A DNA stretch of 64,000 bases from Spirochaetales bacterium (GTDB taxonomy: Bacteria; Spirochaetota; Spirochaetia; JAIPGG01). Made by a program: the position numbers and the translations under genes. Under the pieces are notes generated by a model that saw nothing but the letters and a program-made list of their open reading frames with translations, made no database searches and had not been told where the DNA came from. Positions 63,584 to 64,000 of the stretch are shown here, in pieces (the stretch's first letter is position 1; each line of letters opens with the position of its first letter). Location: the NCBI GenBank assembly GCA_021736255.1, contig JAIPGG010000002.1, forward strand, positions 8,154-72,153, given 5' to 3'.

Positions 63584-63590
63584 AGCCCCT

Positions 63591-64000
63591 ATGAAAACTA
63601 TCGGTGTTTACGGGCTCGGCCGCTTCGGATCCTTCTGGGCGGGGGCCCTTTCACGCTATTTCCCTGTTCGAGCCTGGTCCCGAAGCCCCGACCGCGAAAC
63701 ACCCGAGGGGGTCGAGCGCTGCAGCGAGGATACGGTCCTTCAATCGGATACGCTCTTTCTTTGTGTTTCCATTTCGGCTATGGAGTCTGTCCTCGAGCGC
63801 ATATCGGCAAGGCTCGGCCGTCGGACCCTGGTTTTCGACACGTGTTCGGTAAAGGTCGATCCGGTAGAAAAGATGAAGGCGCTTCTGCCTGCCGATACGG
63901 CGATCATCGGCAGTCACCCCATGTTCGGTCCTGATTCAGCAGGCGGAGGGCTGGAAGGGCTGCCGGTAGTACTCAGCCGAGTACGCGGGAAAGAAGAGTG
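63591..64000 (+). CDS. tyrA: prephenate/arogenate dehydrogenase (TyrA family), 3'-truncated by the window edge
   Basis: My own translation of the frame left open to the window end (it is not in the ORF track): MKTIGVYGLGRFGSFWAGAL...LFLCVSISAMESVL...VFDTCSVK...IIGSHPMFGP. Confidence 0.75.
   Translation, partial: MKTIGVYGLGRFGSFWAGALSRYFPVRAWSRSPDRETPEGVERCSEDTVLQSDTLFLCVSISAMESVLERISARLGRRTLVFDTCSVKVDPVEKMKALLPADTAIIGSHPMFGPDSAGGGLEGLPVVLSRVRGKEE

Noticed and set aside
1-64000. Mobile elements, prophage, integrases, toxin-antitoxin pairs or known defence systems
   Set aside because: No transposase, integrase, recombinase, terminal inverted repeat or phage-like gene could be recognised. tRNA-Phe has no adjacent integrase or direct repeat of its 3' end.

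Overview
A gene-dense, mostly housekeeping chromosomal segment with about 60 CDS, one tRNA and no rRNA, CRISPR array, IS element or prophage. All calls come from motifs read in the supplied translations and from DNA patterns read by eye. No database search was possible. Content suggests a Spirochaetota-like bacterium: an orphan FliG with a long N-terminal extension, a ~600-aa AlaRS lacking the C-Ala domain, many TPR proteins, and HD-GYP/PilZ signalling. This taxonomic placement is tentative. Recognisable blocks are galK'-surE, the clpS-clpA-aat N-degron module, gltX-glyQS-tyrS, an NMT1/SsuA-type ABC transporter, pfpI, tRNA-Phe, fliG, alaS, rlmN, hisZ-hisG-hisB, rsmD-recG-yggT-dnaE, ligA, fadD-fabZ, ccdA-tlpA, comEC-rsmA, pta-dapB-dapA and tyrA'. 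The most unusual locus is a six-gene minus-strand unit at 37332-43996. A specialised NusG paralogue heads it, followed by a PglF/CapD-like dehydratase and a DegT/PglE-like aminotransferase. The last three genes encode an XDH/CODH-family Mo/FeS/FAD trio. Its large subunit appears to have lost the Mo-site signatures, and its small subunit has lost half the Cys ligands of the second [2Fe-2S] cluster. Other items worth a second look:
- an SfsA-DUF123 (GIY-YIG-like) fusion
- a stand-alone FliG_C-like mini-protein
- an HD-GYP gene coupled to a TGS/ThrRS-SAD-like/uridine-kinase fusion
- two candidate leaderless mRNAs (alaS, tyrA)
- an RlpA-SPOR protein carrying in-frame tandem repeats
- a TylF-like methyltransferase translationally coupled to ligA
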